A stretch of DNA of 64,000 nt. Source: Camelus ferus (taxonomy: Eukaryota). The notes beneath the pieces are model-generated. The model made no database searches. It was not told the origin of the DNA and was given only the letters and a program-made list of their open reading frames with translations. Where the stretch lies: NCBI RefSeq assembly GCF_009834535.1, contig NC_045697.1, forward strand, positions 89,282,001 through 89,346,000. The letters run 5' to 3'. Below are positions 24,881-38,644 of the stretch, piece after piece (the stretch's first letter is position 1; the number at the start of each line of letters is the position of its first letter). The position numbers and the translations under genes are program-made.

Positions 24881-24926
24881 AAGGGAATTGGATTAAACTA
24901 CCAAAAAAAAAAAATTACTAAATCAC

Positions 24927-25331
24927 TGAAGCAGATTCTGCCAATGCCTCACCTATATCATCTTGGCCTGTTCAGAGGTAACCTACAATCACCATAGTCC
25001 CAGAAATTGTGTTGCATCTCTCTGCATGAGGGTGTTCTTTGGCTATAAGATGTTGTTTGGCTCACTGTGGAGCAATGCTCAACTGACTAGGGACAAGTGC
25101 TGGCACACTTCTGAGGCACGTTTCATGTAATCTCCCAAGAGAGCTCTAGTGATTAAGCCCCAGTTACCTATTAAGTATAATCCATCCATTAACAGACCCT
25201 TTATGACTTTCTCCCCTCCTGTGTCCCATTTTGCTTACTCCCTAACAGTTAGTTCTTCCTGTGTTACCTTCCAGATGAACTACTGGATTCTGACTTAAGA
25301 TTCTTTTTTTGGAGTAACCCAACATAAGCCA
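24927..25331 (+). mobile_element. LTR16-type ERVL 5' LTR
   Basis: gattaagccccagttacc...ccattaacagaccctttatgactttctcccctcc...ccttccagatgaactact...ggagtaacccaacataagcca matches the LTR16 R/U5 pattern. Confidence 0.75.
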
Positions 25332-27317
25332 TTAGGCATCTACAATGCACCTAGAGATCATATCCTCAGAATAGAATTCTGAAATCAGACTGTTTGTCAG
25401 TGGGATGGCTAGGAGGATCATCATATAGATGGTAAGTGGGATACTTTTGTTATCCTGCACTATCACAGTAATATTTAGATTATTACCTATGGTGGATTGG
25501 AAGGATACACATATAGAAATAGAAGTGCAAGCACAAGCTCTTGAAAACTATTGTTTTCAAAAGGGGATGTAATTATAGGGATTGTACAGTTGGTCTGCTT
25601 TTGTTAAGTGCTGTAGAAACTATTAAGAAAGAGAAAGACACTCAGATCAGCTAACTTCACCTCAGATACTTTGTGAAAGCTAGAAAGTCTTCATGGAAAC
25701 ATTTTAAGAGACTATCGTCTCATTTATTGAGGAGGGCAGACTATGCAAAAACTCAGGAGTAAGACTGATCCTAAGGGTGGATGATTTTCAATGGAAAATT
25801 AATTCACAGCCTCAGCAAGCTCTTAAGTTAAGGTCAGGGACTGTGCAGGGATAGAGAGACCCTGAGAGCAGGGAGGGTGGCATTTGAATGAATGTGCTTA
25901 AAAAAACTAGATTCCCCAGATCTCTCATGGTCCTTGCTAGTGGGGACCAGCTTCCCATTCTCTGGAGATTATACAAAAGATTCATCTGAGGCAGATCCAC
26001 CACAAGTTGACGTTTGTGCCCCTTCACCCCCCACCACTTCTAGAGTAATAACTAGAGTTAGATCTCAGCATGAGCTGATAAATGAAGTGCTGTTTCTGTT
26101 TTGGAGAAGAAGTGATTATTTACCAAAAGGATTGCAGAACCCAGCTAAGATATACTAAAACAAGAACTGGGAGAGCACACATAGAAGTGAAATGTTAAAA
26201 GACTGTTGGATCAGGTCAGCGACAGAGTTAAGGTCAGATAGGGGAATGTTTATTGACATGGTGGCATTCTCCCATGAATTTAACATCCTGGCAAGGATGC
26301 CTGGATTTAGTCCAAATGCACCCCAGCAATGCCTTCTGAAACTCTATAGATGGTGTAGGGTTAACGAGATAGCAACGTTGCAAATCTTTGGTAAAATATT
26401 GAGGAAAAATGGGCATACTAGAATGGGCTCATTATGTAAGGTTAGATAACCAGCAGCTGTTATGCTTCCCAAGAGAACACAGACTCTCCCTTCCCTAAAA
26501 TGTTGAAAAATGGGACACTGACATCATCAAGAAACTCAATGGTAGCTGTCCACTGTAGGCCAAAATTATAGGTAGAAGAAAGACTAATTAATCTGGGCTA
26601 CCTAGTATCAATAGAGATTCTATAATTTTGAAAAATCAGAAGCGACATGGCAGCATTTAAGCATCAGAGGCAAGGTTTCATAGTTACCATAATGGACAGC
26701 AAGGGAGAATGGTTCTTAAGGAACCTTGATCTTCCAGGATCTCTGGTAATGACTAATAGTTCATTCATGAAGCTAAATGTAACAGCCAATGATGTTATTG
26801 CTTGAATTACATAACAAACAATGATTGTGATGTGGCAAGCGGAAGAGTGATATCAGCCATAGTAATGAAAAATTACTCTCTCACTCGCTTTCCAGACCTG
26901 AACCAATTTTCTAATCCAGAAGGTATCGATTGAAAGGGAGATGAGGACGACTTGAGAAAGACTTTGCAGGAGTAATGGGAAATGCATATTTTCCAAATCC
27001 TTTCACCAAAGGGCTTTTGGCATTTACCTGAGTAACTGGGGCAAAAGGCAAACACATATTTCAAGGGCTCTTGGACACATAAACTGACACTAGTGCCAGG
27101 GGAGTCAAAACACCATCACATGTCTTTGTTAGAACAGAAGTATTCAGTGGTCAGATGACAAATAGATTCCTGAGCCATGTCCATGTTGAAGTCAATTCAG
27201 TGAGTCTACCAGACCCACAGTCCGCGCTGTGATTAAGTTCCAATTCCCGAGTGTGTAGTTAAGATGGACATACTTAACTATAGATAGAACTTGCCAGTTG
27301 TTTCCAGGATATGTAAG
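25332..27317 (+). mobile_element. ERVL internal region (ERV3-16A3-like) gag/protease remnant
   Basis: ORF 26192..26449 DRGMFIDMVAFSHEFNILARMPG resembles ERVL gag (DQAEFIDMGPLSRDSGFNVLARTPG). Protease-like end ccaattcccgagtgtgtagttaagatggacatactt. Directly follows the LTR16. Confidence 0.8.
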
Positions 27318-27502
27318 AGCCATGTGAGGGTAAGACAAAATGTCAGCAGTCTGCAACCTGGGTAAGGGTTCTCACCCAATCATATTGGTACCCCTATTTC
27401 AGATTTCTAGTCTCCAGAAGTGTAAGAAATAAATTTCTGTTGTTTGTGTGCGACACAGTCTGTGGTACTTAGTTATAGTAGTAGCCCAAAATGATGACGA
27501 CA
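27318..27502 (+). mobile_element. MLT1A-like MaLR LTR, 3' half
   Basis: ccatgtgagg...tctccagaagtgtaagaaataaatttctgttgttt...cagtctgtggtacttagttatag. Confidence 0.85.
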
Positions 27503-27602
27503 TCAAGCTATCCAGAACTGTCTGCAGACCTGAACCTTATGTCCTATTTCTCACTCTTCATTTATGAGACTCTGCATGAGCTCTGCTCCGCATCACCTAG
27601 AT

Positions 27603-27789
27603 CCTTGCTATGCAGAGGATGCTGCATGGACCTGCACCATTGCTGTCATCTGGCAGTTTGTTAGAAATGCAGAGTCTCAGCCCCTGTCTTAGACCAACTG
27701 AGTCAGAACCCACATTTTAATCCAACTGAATCAGAACCCACATTTTAATAAGATTCTGTTGATGTTTGCACTCTGTTTGGGAAGCACTG
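27603..27789. mobile_element. MER5A1 (hAT-Charlie MITE) with internal 28-bp tandem duplication
   Basis: ccttgcta...ttgttagaaatgcagagtctcagcccc...gggaagcactg; near-TSD acctagat/acctgatt. Confidence 0.8.
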
Positions 27790-28394
27790 ACCTGATTTTT
27801 CAGTTCAGTAATGAGCAATATGCCAATAATCAGCAGAAGCAGATACTTCTGGGAACGGAGTCAGTGGATACATAGAAGAATGCTTTCAATAAGTGTGTGA
27901 ACCTGGGGCATGCTACCATGGGGCATATATTTACCAACTTCTAGCCTAGCAAATTTCTATTCAGTTGCTGCTAGAAGATTTTTGCCCTGTTGTAGTCAAC
28001 TAAACAATGACCAATTCCAAGGTTTTTATTTTCCAGAACTAAAATCAAATGAAAAGGCTCTCTACTTGAGTGTATTAATGAATGGTTTTAGACCTCTCTT
28101 GGATTTCATTAAGAATGTGTCATTTAGGACAATGACTTTTCAGATTCACCACATCACTTACCCTAGAATTAAGACCTCTAGAGAATGGTTATGGGTTGGC
28201 TATACCTTTTGCCGACATATTTTTTATATTTTCTGATTAATGTTAATTAACATCTATACTCAAGTAAGATCTCTTTAGAGAGCTTTTTATTTGTTGTTCT
28301 ATGTAAAGTAGAATGCATCTGTTGTGTTCTTAGTTTTTAAAAATTTTCATTATAGCAGATAATATTTCTGAACATCACTTCCATATATTTTATA

Positions 28395-28532
28395 ATTTAT
28401 GTCTCTGCAACTAGATTGTAGGCTACATGGGGACAAGAAGTTGGTTTAATTCACCACCATATTCTAGCATCGAAAGTAATGTGTGATGCGCTATTTGCAC
28501 TTAATATATATGAATTGAATTAAGAATCAATG
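28395..28532 (+). mobile_element. L2 3' end
   Basis: actagattgtaggctacatggggacaag...ttcaccaccatattctagcatc...gcacttaata...gaattgaattaa. Confidence 0.7.
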
Positions 28533-31499
28533 CCATTCAGTAGCCTCCACAACTTACAAGTAAGGAACCAAGAGGTTAGTAGCCTCCTCATGCCTAAATA
28601 GTCCCCAGACTAATGCCATTTTAGATCAAGATAATTCTCAACCCAGGAATTTTATAAAGCTTAATCTAAGCCTAAGCGAATCTTCTGAAGCAGTCTCAAG
28701 TAGGTGCAATTGTTAGAATGGTAAACCTATGTTATGGTACAGTTCTTCAGATATTTGCTATGGTTCCCTTCATCTACACTCACTGAATTTCTTTACTCGA
28801 GTCTCAATAGCTTTCCATTCTCCCGTATCCTTAGAGGAAAACATGCCAGTAAAAATCTTTAAAAATGACTGAAAATGTTTAACTATTAGTTGTTACACTT
28901 ACTACTGTAAGTGAAAGAAAAAAAAGTTGATACATAACTATGAAGTATTTACATCCCACCCCAGACTCAAAAAAAAAAAAAAAGTTTAGGGAAGGCAAAG
29001 AGAAAAGAGTTAGAGATCAGTGGACAAGAGAAATGCAAGATCAGTAGATAGCATGTTAGCTGATGTGGATTGTTGTTCACTTGGACAGTAAGGAGGACAA
29101 CTGGGTGCAGATGTAGATTCCATGTGACTCCCAGGTGATGATATTATTTAAAGAATGATGGCATGTATTTTTTTTTCTGTCAATTTTCCCAAAGCATAGC
29201 CGTGCATTCATGAATGTATTTTCTATTACTTCATCATTTTAAGTTCTGGACCTGTTTGTGCCTGCTTTTCTCAAGTTTATCATCATTTGAGCTGAGTTTG
29301 CAAATGGTCTACTATTTCTTTGTATGGATTCTTATTTATATGCTTTCAAAACTGATTAATTAACGTCTGCATAGCTGTCTTCATATTTGTTTCAGCTTGT
29401 GATGTTAAAAGGTTCCCAGTAGATTAGACTAATCATAACCAACATCTGTTTACAAGCTGCTTTGCTGTAGACTCAAATGCAGATGTATAAAACCAACTGT
29501 TGGACAGTTAGAAGTCTCAGTACTTTCTATAGTCCATGTCTTTTCCACCTTAAGATTGTAATAATTACTACACCAACTTGAAATTATTTTGACATCTCTT
29601 TGAAACTCCAGAAACTAAAGAAAAATCCATGTAATTGTTAGAGGAGTTATTTCCCTATATTGACTATAATAGCTGGAATAAATACCACTGTGTCAAAGAC
29701 TAATTTAATTTATCATCTAATATGCTTTTAACTCACTATTTTGTCCCTAAAATATTTGAACAATTTCACTTCTATTAAATATTAGTAGGTTTTTTTCATC
29801 TGTGTCATATTTACCCAAAATATTCTTTAAAAATTCAGATGATTACTAAGAATTATTTCTGTATGTTTAGAAATTGCATCCAGGCACTGGATTAAGTATA
29901 TTCCATTGGCATCATGACATTTGATAAATAAGATGAGTAATGAGAAGTAATAGGTTGTACAGATCTAGGGCTAAGTACCCTGCTTACACATCAAACATGT
30001 TATAAACAATTAGGAAAAGTATGTGTGCCCAATATTAACTTGTAATCATCACTGAAGAGAGGGCACAGGGAATCAAAAAATATGGGGACCATTCAGAGTT
30101 CTGCAATCACAAAAGGTAACGTAAGTCTCTGTAATAAGGGGGCATATTCACTGCTACACAATGCCAAAGGATGATTATGATAAAATCCAGTAAACTTCAA
30201 TACTTACTTTAGTGAGGTTACCTGCAGCTTTTACCACAAACACTCCAACATATTTTTATTTAAATATCTCTATTCAAGTTTCAAATAAAATCTCCATTTT
30301 GGCAGGTTTAAATCTTAAGTTGTGTCCACATAAAGTATTTTACAATATACGATTTGTTTGAAATTTGTGGTTAATATTCAGTTTAAAATTATGGTAGATA
30401 TATTAATAAGTAGTTAATAATTTATAGCTAGCTCTGGTTAATAACTTACTCTCTCAAAATCCATTACTATTGTTTTTTTAACTTAATCTAAAATATAAAT
30501 ATCACTTTGTGTTTGCAACATTTGGAAAAGATTTAGACCATTTTTCTTTAAATGTACTAAAATACCCTTTAGTATGTGAAGTGTTCTTGTAAACAATAAT
30601 ATAAGCAAAGAATTCAACTGTACTTTTTATATTATACAGACTACCAAAAATACATAATGACATGAAATGAGGAACAGTATGCGTTTAATTAAAACCATTA
30701 GCCAATAAAAGAAAAGAGGCATTTGAATCTAGTGTGATGTCTATAACTTGAATATTCTAATAGATTTTCAATAAAAATTTAACAAATTGTTTCTTCTAAA
30801 TTTTCTGAAATTATCTTTAAAGAGAAGCATCTGTACGTATATATAAACAACTTTACAAATAATATAATCTCTAGGTTTTAAAGCTTAAATTAGTAGATTA
30901 ATGTTGCCAAACCCATGGAAAATTACATGTTTATTTCACCTCTGTTTGAAAGATTGAACTGAGTATACAAAAAATCTTTGTTTTTAGTTATGCAGGAGAT
31001 ACCTACTTCTGATACTGAGTCTTAAATAAAGTGAATGCAAAAAGTCTAATGTGCTATTTTTACCTCCAGGACTTACGTAATTCAAGCATGTAAAATGAAG
31101 CAATGCTGTAGTAAATGTCAAAGTAAGTCCACTCAAAACCCCCTCAAAAGAACAATTTGCCGAAGGAGCTTCTGTTGTAAATACTCAGTAGTGGCAGGAA
31201 ATAGAAAGGAAAACGAGATAATTTTCTTCTTGAGGAAATATTTGACTCCATCATAAAGTCTATACAACTTTTTGTACATTTTCTTTTCCAAATGCATTTT
31301 CTCTTTTGGCCAGCATTACTGATGTCTTGTTAATAATTCTAATGATTTCACACTGAAATGTTGAAAGTAGAGGAAATTGTATGAAAAAGAGTAATGAGGG
31401 TTTTTATTATGTTATTTATGAATCACAAATATGTTTTAAAATGTTAAGAAGGCTAAGAAATTATTTACATTCCTTGTTCCCAGTTAAGTCAGTAATCCC

Positions 31500-33400
31500 T
31501 TCTCAAACATTTCTGAGGATTGGCCATCCAGGTATTTCATGTCTCCAATGGTTTACAGTGTAAGCATTTTCACTCTTGAAGGATGCTGGTCCATCTTCTT
31601 AAAGCCATTCAGTCAATTCTTAAACAGTTGTCCTGGTTAGGAAATCGGCTTTTCTGAAATAGTCTGCCTCTGCTCTAATGTAACCTTATGAGCATCAGAA
31701 AGTGTGACCAGCATCGAAAAATCTTCGTGACAGCCGTTGAAAGTATCTGAAAACTGTCATCATTCTCCTTCTAATTATTCCCATTCCAAGTAAAATATAG
31801 CCAGTTTCTTCAGGCATATTTTTAATAGGCTTTTTTTTTTTTTTAGAGCAGTTTTAGGTTCTCAGCAATATTAAGCAGAAGGTACAGAGATTTTCTGTAT
31901 ACCCACTGCCCATACATTCTCCCCCAACTATCAACATCCCCCACCAAAGTGGTACATTTGTTACAACTGATGAACCTATACTGACACATCATTATCACCC
32001 ATAGTCTATATTTTACATGAGGATTCACATTGGTGTTGTGCATTCTATGGGTTGGGACAAATTTGTAATGAAATATATTCACAATTATAGATTATATAGA
32101 TCAGTTTCACTGTCCCTTCTGTTTTTTATATCCATGTATTAACTTTGCTCCCCACCCCTAACAACCACTGGTTCTTTTATTTGTCTCCATTGTTTTGCCT
32201 TTTCCAAAACGTCGTATACTTGGAATCATACAGTACTTAGCATTTTCAGATTGGTTTCTTTAACTTAGTAATATTCATTTGTTTTCTCCATGTCTTTTCA
32301 TAGCTTGATAGATCATTCATTTTGAGTGCTGAATAATATTCCATTGTCTGGATATACCACAGTTTATTTATCCATTCACCTACTGAAGGGCATCTTGCTT
32401 GCTTCCAAGTTTGGACAATTATGGTTAAAGCTGCTATAAACATCCATGTGCAGGTTTTTGTGTGAACATAAGCTTTCAACTCTTTTGGGTAAATACCAAG
32501 GAGCACAGTTGCTAGATCATATGGTAGTAGTATGTTTAGTTTTGTAAGAAAGCATCAAAACTGCCTTCCAAAGTGACTGTATTATTTTGCATTCCTACCA
32601 CCAAAGAATGAGTGTTCCTATGGTTCTACAACCTTGTCAGCATTTGCTGTTTTCAGTGTTCTGGATTTTGGCCATTGTAATAGGTGTATAGTGATATTTC
32701 ATTCTTGTTTTAATTTGCATTTCTTTAATGATATATGATGTGGAACATCTTTTCATATGCTTATTTGCCATCTGTATATCTTCTTTGGTGTGCTTCCTAT
32801 TTGGTCTTTGGCCCATTTTTAAAATCTGGTTGGTTGTTTTCTAATTGTTGCATTATGAGTTGTTTGTCTTCAGCTGTTTTTCATGTATAAAAGTTTCCAG
32901 CTCCTTTGAAACTCTGTCTACTCTGTCATACTCAGTCCAGTTTGTTAGTGTGATGATCAAAAATTAAAATATTTTCTGTTGACAGAATCTGACAAGGGGA
33001 TTGTTTGAAGCATATTTTTATTTATATAAACACTATGGATTTATTGGAAAGCAATAGGGGAAAAAACTGTCCTTGGGAAGCTTCCACCAAAGTATGGCAA
33101 TAGTTTTTCTTCTTTAAAGCCCATTATACTATTGATTTTTTTCTCTTTTACCCTTGTAGACAAGTGAAAACCTATCTCTTAAACATGAATTCATATTACT
33201 CTACTTCTATTGTACTCTGTTTGAACATGAGAATAAAAATATATAACCATTCCTATTAAATGTCATCTTAATTTTCAGCATGCCTTGTAATATTTTAATG
33301 TAAAACAGCTGTAGTTGTTATTGGTGATCTCAGCTTTTTTTAATCACTCCATAATTGACAAATATGAGGTTTTTGGTCTACCTTTCAGTTTTTGAAGAAC
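31500..33400 (-). mobile_element. L3/CR1 fragment interrupted by L1MC1 (pieces ~31500-31818 and ~32863-33400)
   Basis: tgacagccgttgaaagtatctgaaaactgtcatcattctcc...ccagtttcttca continues after the L1 as tttttcatgta...tttccag...tccagtttgttagtg, collinear with reverse L3. Confidence 0.6.
31819..32862 (-). mobile_element. L1MC1-like 3' end
   Basis: T-tract, then tagagcagttttaggtt...ccccaccaaagtggtacatttgttacaactgatgaacctatactgacacatcattatcaccca. ORF 32246..32506 LLGIYPKELKAYVHTKTCTWMFIAAL is the ORF2 C-terminus. Confidence 0.92.
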
Positions 33401-34266
33401 ATGGGCTGATTATTATTTTTGAATGTAGGCTTTCTTAAACAATAGCTGTATATAAAATTGCATATGCAGACTATTTTCACCGCAGGTCATATAAACAGAA
33501 ACTGGCAAAGAAAGTAGTAGGTGAAATGATATTTATGCTAAATGGATAAAATTTATGAAATATTTTAGTAGATGTGTATAAAATTTATAAAATATTTAGA
33601 AGGAGTAAAACAAGGACAGTTCACCCATGTCATTTTCTAAATGCTTACCAACTACTCACATGCAATTTTTTTTCCATAGATTATGAAAACAATTATAGGT
33701 GGGAATCTAAGTAAGTAATAAGTAACCTGCACAATTTCATGAAATTGATCATGTTGGTGGTAAGCAGAAAAACTTCTGTATAAAGTTCCCAAGTCTTACC
33801 TGAACTATGCATAATCTCAAGTATATGAGCAATTGAATTTTTATTTTCACTTCTCTTCAAGATATAGCAAGCAAAAAGAAATAAAAATGAACTTTAAGAA
33901 GATATTTTCATGTGGATTTTCATATAAATGTTGTTCTTACACAAATAGTAGCTATATCTACAACTAACCAATTATGAAATGATAATGATAATTTCTGGGT
34001 AATGAAATAAATTGTGATTTTTATCATTCTTGTTATATCACAAATACATTTTCATCTTTTTGTTCCAAAAAATTAGATTCTTTGTAGAGAAGGAATATTT
34101 TAAGCTGTTTCTCAAGATATTTCAAGTAAATATTTTGACCTAAATATTCCAGCTTTCCTTTCTTTTATTACTTGTTAATATTACTGATGCAGAATTTTGG
34201 AAAATCAATAGTGGTAACTCAGTAGTTTATTTACAATGGCTTTGCCCATTGATTAAAACTAAATGG

Positions 34267-34564
34267 AACAAAGCATAAATACAAAACAGGAATAGACTCA
34301 TGACATAGAATACAAACTTGTGGTTGCCAAGGGGGCGGAGGGTGGGAAGGGATAGACTGGGATTTCAAAATTGTAGAATAGATAAACAAGATTATACTGT
34401 ATGGCACAGGGAAATATATACAAGATCTTATGATAGCCCACAGAGAAAAAAAGGTGACAATGAATATATATATGTTCATGTTTAACTGAAAAATTGTGCT
34501 CTACATTGGAATTTGATACAACATTGTAAAATGATTATAAATCAATAAAAAATGTTAAAAAAAT
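34267..34564 (+). mobile_element. Young 5'-truncated L1 3' UTR (camelid L1-Vpa-like) with TSD
   Basis: gaatacaaacttgtggttgccaaggggg...gataaacaagattatactgtat...gaaaaattgtgctctaca...aataaaaaatgttaaaaaaa. TSD aactaaatgg at 34257-34266 and 34565-34574, at a TT/AAAA site. Confidence 0.9.
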
Positions 34565-36669
34565 AACTAAATGGGAAAAGTAGTTAATTAGTATCTTGGT
34601 GATTCAATACAACATAAAATAATAAATACAGATCTATTTTTGAAAGTAATAATAACTTTCATTCTTCATATCTCTAGTTTAGACTTAGATCTTATATTCT
34701 TATCCCTAAGAAAGAAAATTTGTTCTATTTTTCCCCCAGATGGGTAGAAATACAGTCTAACTTTTAAACTAATTTACCTTAGACCTGCTATAAATAGAAT
34801 GACTAACAGCTATGTCCACTAATCATTTCCAAATGTTTTACAAAATTGTATTTTTTAAGTTTTATACACAATTATATTTTAATGGTCCATAGCTACATGT
34901 GGGATGTATGTAAACCAATCATCAGCTAACAGTACATGCATAACAGACAGAAAAGAAATCAAACTAGTTGCTTCCCTAGCCTGGCCAACAGCAAGAATCT
35001 ATAAACATTTAAATAGTAAAAAATATTCCACTGAGTATGATATTGGTCACGTAAGTAGGAAGTAGTTGTACCACATTCCTTTTAGATATATTGCCACTTT
35101 CAAGCTATATTAATCTCTATAACATAACAAGGAGGGAAAAGAGCAATCTTTATTCCTAGGAGTTACAATGCACCATGTTTCTTGGTTAAGTTGCTGGATG
35201 GATAAATCAAGATAAAATTATAATTTTTATAAATAAAAATCAAATACCAAATATTATTATGCACATAATATATGAATACTAATAAAATCTGGTATTTTAA
35301 AAACATTTTCTAAAGCAGTGATATACTTTGTTTGATACAAAAAAAATCTGTATTTTGAATCATGAACCAACTTCATGCTATTAGAAATAAAAGTGTCCTC
35401 CAAACCAATGGAAACTGGCATTCTTGTCTGAGCAGAAACAGCCTGGAAAAAAAATTCTCATCTTATAATCATTTCAGTATATGCATGATGACATTTGAAA
35501 ACATCTGGTTTTAATGATGTCCAGAGGACGTTCCAGAATGGTGGGGTCTAGATGTGCAGATATGTAAAAAAGAACTTCTTATTAATTTTAATAAATGGAA
35601 TGCATAAAATAAATATATTTAGGCTATAAAGATGGGAATCATTTCAGGGGTAGGGTCCTTTGAAAAAATAGTCACAAAACTAATTTAAATACCTGGATTA
35701 TGTACTGTCTAATGAGCAATTGCTTGACTTGCTGATCTGAAATCAAAGTCACAGTTGATTTTTATCCAAGATTCTTGACAGACTGAAATAAATGGCATCA
35801 ATTCAAACCATTCTGGCTCAGCATAATTGAGTCTCAGTCTCCAGAACAATAGACTGTTAATCCACTATCACAAGGGAGAAAAATTAAGCTTGGCCTTGCT
35901 TCCAATGACGAAGGATTTTTATTTTTTAAGTCTTAATTTAGTAAGCTCAACATCTCAACCCCTTAGTAGTTTACATAAAATAAAATTCATGGTTGGCATA
36001 ATAGTTACCATATAGGACTAGTGAAGTTAATTTATAATTATTTTGCACTAGATTATAAACTATAAAGAAATATATTATATTTGGTTATGAATATTTATGT
36101 GTAGGTAAGCTAAGTTTTGAAAAGTTGTTTCAGAATGTACAACTGGTAGAAAGGTTTTACCCCTAAGAAACATGTGGAATTCACTCAGGCTTTCACTTTA
36201 GGAAAGGAAATCTAAGGCTTGATTTTATGGGTATTAGATGAAGTCAGTGTACTCATAGTTGCTTTGCTTTTTAAGATTTTTTTATCTGAGGGCCACCACA
36301 GAGACCTAACTATGGAACATGAGGAAGGGGGTCATTTTATTTTATTGCTTTATTATGGAATAATATTTTATTCTTTATATATAAAATATTTATTTATTGG
36401 GTAAGTGAACAAAAATTGGAGAATCCTTTCCTGAAAAATGGTACCAAAAAAAGTATGTACATTTGTTGCCTGTGTTAAGATAGTACATATTACCACTTGA
36501 AAAGACTGGAAAAATTTATTTTTAATCTAATGATTTTGTGTTTGGGGAATGGGGGTGGATGAGCTGGTAGAAAGAGGGAGTTTTGAAGAATTAGCTGCCT
36601 AGGATTTTGAATAATACAGTTTACTGAACAGAGGCTATAACGAAAAAGTATTTGAGGGGAACATACCAA

Positions 36670-36880
36670 AGATTAGCTATTTAATTGAGACATATATACT
36701 ACTTACTGTGTGCCAGCTACTTCTTTTTGTGCTTTAAAAATATTAATTTCCCTGGTTTTCGTAACAACTCTGAGATAGGTATCATTATTATTTCTACTTA
36801 ATGATGAAGAAATTGAAGCAAGATCAGCTAGGGAACTTAACCTAACAACTTAGCAAATAAGTTTCAGAATAAGTGTATTG
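36670..36880 (-). mobile_element. MIR SINE
   Basis: cttactgtgtgccagctac...taacaactctgagataggtatcattattatttctacttaatgatgaagaaattgaagc. Confidence 0.8.
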
Positions 36881-38644
36881 CTTTTCATTTGGTGTTGACC
36901 AAATCTCTTCAGTTTTTAGAGAGACGTGGAGAAATTTCAGGGGATTTATGGCATTCGCTGCTTTGGTTAACACCAAATTCTTGGAGCCAGTGTGGTGACC
37001 AGCTCCAGGATTTATTCTACAAGTTTGTGAAAAGCCTGATCACACCAGAGACAGAAAATAAAAATGGCTGCTTGAGTTTTTAGAGCAACTCAGTATGAGA
37101 GGTACAGTAGAGAGAGAAGAAAGGTGGTCTCCACAATCACTTCAAATAACCCATAACTGAATATGGAAATTCTAGGATGTTTCTGAGCTTGAGAAAACTC
37201 AGATACATTGTTCAATACCTGACTTTGTTATAGTTTTTTCAACCATGAGAACAAAATAACCTCTCAAAGTAGGTTAGAACCTTAGAAGGGAACATCCCTA
37301 GGTTTTGCATCTATGTCAAAATTCCAAGCTCATATCTAGCCTCTTAAGTACTTTAGAAAATTCAATCCAATTGAAATTTCTATAACTGTACTTGGTGATG
37401 AGCAGAATCTCTGAGTGAAGACAAACTTTGAAACAGTTCCATCTAAAACACAAATGCACACACATGATGTATATTTGTGTATACACATGTATATATGATG
37501 AAAAAATAGAAATATATCCCTTCATTAACATAATTTATAATTTGTTTGGAAGCTAAAAATAAACTTATTAAATAATTATTAGACTAAAACAATGTGAGTT
37601 GTGATAGCAGTAATTTTGAAGCTATTTATTTATTTACCTCTTGCTCCCAACACTTTCTTCAAGTAAATTCTTAACTTAGAAACTAAACATGTCAAACATA
37701 AAACACAGCTTCTGTGTTTGAAGCACATGTGGAGAAGCAAGGTTCTCCCATGTGAGCAATTCCATCCTTTGTCAAAGCTCCTGAGAAGCTGAACAGATAG
37801 AACAGAGAGTGAAAACCTCTGGTAGAGACTCAGCTCAAGGACTGTAAATAACAGAACTATTATCGTGTATAAGATATGCCAGGCAAACTCCACAGTGGTG
37901 AGTTTCAATAGGAGCTACAAAATAAATGCAGGATTTAGGTATATTTATTTATTCATTTATTCATGTAGTTTTATATTCAGATTAAATGGTTAAGATTGTC
38001 AACACAAAATATTCAATCTGGTAATTATTTACAATTTCCAAGCTCAAGGCAAACATGTCAAATCTGTCTTTTTAAAATTAACATTTCACCAATTAATTCA
38101 TTCTGCTCTGTTCAAGAAAATTTAGTAAAGTTAGAGAGTAATAACTAAATAAAAAAGTTTTTTGATGTTTTTTGAAGAATAGTTATGTGCATTTCTCATT
38201 AAGAAAGAGGTAAAAGAACTATGGAGTGAAACTGTACTGATATTTTCCATCTTTAAAACAAAAGCACTGTATGTACAGATACTTAATAATATGACATGGT
38301 TTAAATTGAAAGAAAGCTGGTGAAAATAATCCAAATTATTATCATGAACTAAAATCATTTAATATAATTAAAGGAGAATGGGAAAACTTAATTTTTGCAA
38401 TTTGGTATATATTCCTTCTAATAATAAAACAACTTTGTTTATACAAAAATGTTACTCATTTATTTCCAGAGTTTCCTAGAGCAATTGCATTGGAAAAAAT
38501 AAAATCATAATGCTGGAAAGAAATGAAATAAAAACTGTTACATCTTTATAAAAATTACAGTATTTTTAAAAACAAAAATAGGGCATATTATTATGTATCT
38601 ATTTTATAGTGCATTCATTTTATTATTAATACTTTTGAAGGTTG

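Noticed and set aside
25812..27064. Cluster of ORFs as a domesticated gag gene
   Set aside because: The ERVL gag is broken by many stops and frameshifts; the longest ORF pieces are under 90 aa
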